From contig JACKFJ010000002.1 of NCBI GenBank assembly GCA_020632535.1, positions 254,331-318,330 of the forward strand: a stretch of 64,000 nt of DNA. The letters are read 5' to 3'. Both the position numbers and the translations under genes were made by a program. The notes beneath the pieces are model-generated. The model was not told the DNA's origin, did not search any database, and worked only from the letters and a program-made list of their open reading frames with translations. Below are positions 63,056-64,000 of this stretch, piece after piece. The DNA is from Candidatus Omnitrophota bacterium (GTDB lineage: Bacteria; Omnitrophota; Gorgyraeia; Zapsychrales; JANLHA01). Positions within the stretch are counted from its first letter, which is position 1, and every line of letters starts with the position of its first letter.

Positions 63056-64000
63056 TTGAAAAACTTTAATCAAACTGTCCTCAAATTCGGCCTTCCCTTT
63101 GGAATCTGGATTTTCCTTTTTAAGTCATTTTTCATTGAACAGGCAATTGTTAGTTCTGAGACTTTGCACATTTATTCGGTTGTAAAATTTTATTTTGACA
63201 ACATAAAATTGGGTGTGTTACCGTTGTGGGATCCTTTTGTCATGTGGGGCACGCCGACACAGATTTTTTTGAATTATGTTGGTATTTTTAATCCCTTTTG
63301 GTTACTTATTAACATTTTTAATGTTTGTGGATTAAGCTTTTATCTTTCCTTTGTTTACACAATCGCTCTTTATTTTTGGTTAGGGCAAATTGGGTTTTAT
63401 TTGCTTGCAAAAATTATTTTTAAAGATAGTCGGATGGCCTATGTCGCTTTTCTTTTGTTTTTATTTTCATGCCTAAGTTTGTCTGTATTCGCGCAATATC
63501 ACCCCCCATTGCTATATATCCCCGGAACGTGGTTTTTTTACTTCGTATTGTCTTTTTTCCAAAAGCCCAGTCGTTGGACATGGACGGGGTTGACGCTGAC
63601 TGCCGGAATTATTTTGACAACTTATTTGCCATTTTATTTTATAACGGTTTTTGTTCTCGTAGGTGTGCTAATTGTTGGTTTTTATTTATCGACGGTAGTA
63701 AGAACTCTACCTATTGTTGGCCAATTTTTTCGTAAAAATAGCGTTTTGATCGTTTTATCGTTCGGTGTTTTGTTTTTAGCGTTTATGCCGGGTGTGCGCG
63801 CTTATCAAAGCACGGTAAAAAAAGAAATTGTTGCGCCATTTCGTTATGAGGAAGTTGAGAAAAGGTCGGGCGTCGATTTTTCGAAATATGAGCAGGTGGC
63901 AAAAAATGGTTTTGCAACTCGAATGGATTTTAAGGATTTGTACGAAGATCTCGATATCATTACTTATGGAGATGATTGTTTCTTTTATGTATCTATTTTT
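63056..64000 (+). CDS. polytopic membrane protein, YfhO-like (putative glycosyl/lipid-linked transferase), 3' end beyond window
   Basis: By hand translation this frame is open from the stop at 63002-63004 to nt 64000 and is not in the ORF track. It contains LPLWDPFVMWGTP and multiple TM helices. The start is uncertain: TTG at 63056, with no in-frame ATG until about 63240. Confidence 0.55.
   Translation, partial: MKNFNQTVLKFGLPFGIWIFLFKSFFIEQAIVSSETLHIYSVVKFYFDNIKLGVLPLWDPFVMWGTPTQIFLNYVGIFNPFWLLINIFNVCGLSFYLSFVYTIALYFWLGQIGFYLLAKIIFKDSRMAYVAFLLFLFSCLSLSVFAQYHPPLLYIPGTWFFYFVLSFFQKPSRWTWTGLTLTAGIILTTYLPFYFITVFVLVGVLIVGFYLSTVVRTLPIVGQFFRKNSVLIVLSFGVLFLAFMPGVRAYQSTVKKEIVAPFRYEEVEKRSGVDFSKYEQVAKNGFATRMDFKDLYEDLDIITYGDDCFFYVSIF

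Noticed and set aside
63469-63735. 88-aa plus-strand ORF
   Set aside because: It is out of frame within a much longer open frame (63056 to the window end) that encodes a coherent polytopic membrane protein.
1-64000. CRISPR arrays, transposons, toxin-antitoxin pairs and known defence systems
   Set aside because: I saw no spaced direct repeats, transposase/integrase/reverse-transcriptase-like ORFs, or characteristic small gene pairs on either strand.

Overview
This is a dense, low-GC (about 40% by eye, not computed) bacterial chromosomal window with no transposase, integrase, phage, CRISPR or recognisable defence genes. I cannot assign a lineage without searches. The short housekeeping proteins and REP-like palindromes suggest a streamlined uncultivated lineage. 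1-16.5 kb is housekeeping: ndk(partial)-yicC-gmk-rpoZ-coaC, a tRNA-Cys/Leu/Val cluster, the classical thrS-infC-rpmI-rplT-pheS-pheT block, rarA, an MTHFS gene, rny-ymdB-pilZ, gltX and tRNA-Gln. 16.6-33.1 kb is the most interesting part, a nitrogen-oxide island. An Rrf2 (NsrR-like) regulator gene precedes a tightly packed run of radical SAM, nrdD, nrdG, nirK, a class-Ic-like nrdB and nnrS. A second operon follows, encoding a NarI-like membrane protein, a Nas/Nap-like Mo-bisPGD subunit, a four-cluster ferredoxin, a membrane-anchored Rieske protein, a 2-TM protein, NarK, a MOSC protein and a PAS kinase/NarL-type regulator pair. 33-39 kb carries signalling and stress genes (receiver protein, GGDEF protein, USP, ldhA). 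39.4-54.7 kb carries a 14-subunit complex I split into two convergent halves (nuoA-I on +, nuoJ-N on -), with a CPA2 antiporter gene and lexA at the junction. 54.9-64 kb carries pntAB/pntB without pntAA, an envelope operon of three unknown secreted proteins plus a membrane-anchored hexapeptide acyltransferase and cardiolipin synthase, a B12-radical-SAM gene and a YfhO-like gene running off the window. All calls rest on reading the translations and sequence by eye. No homology search, RNA folding or statistics were run.
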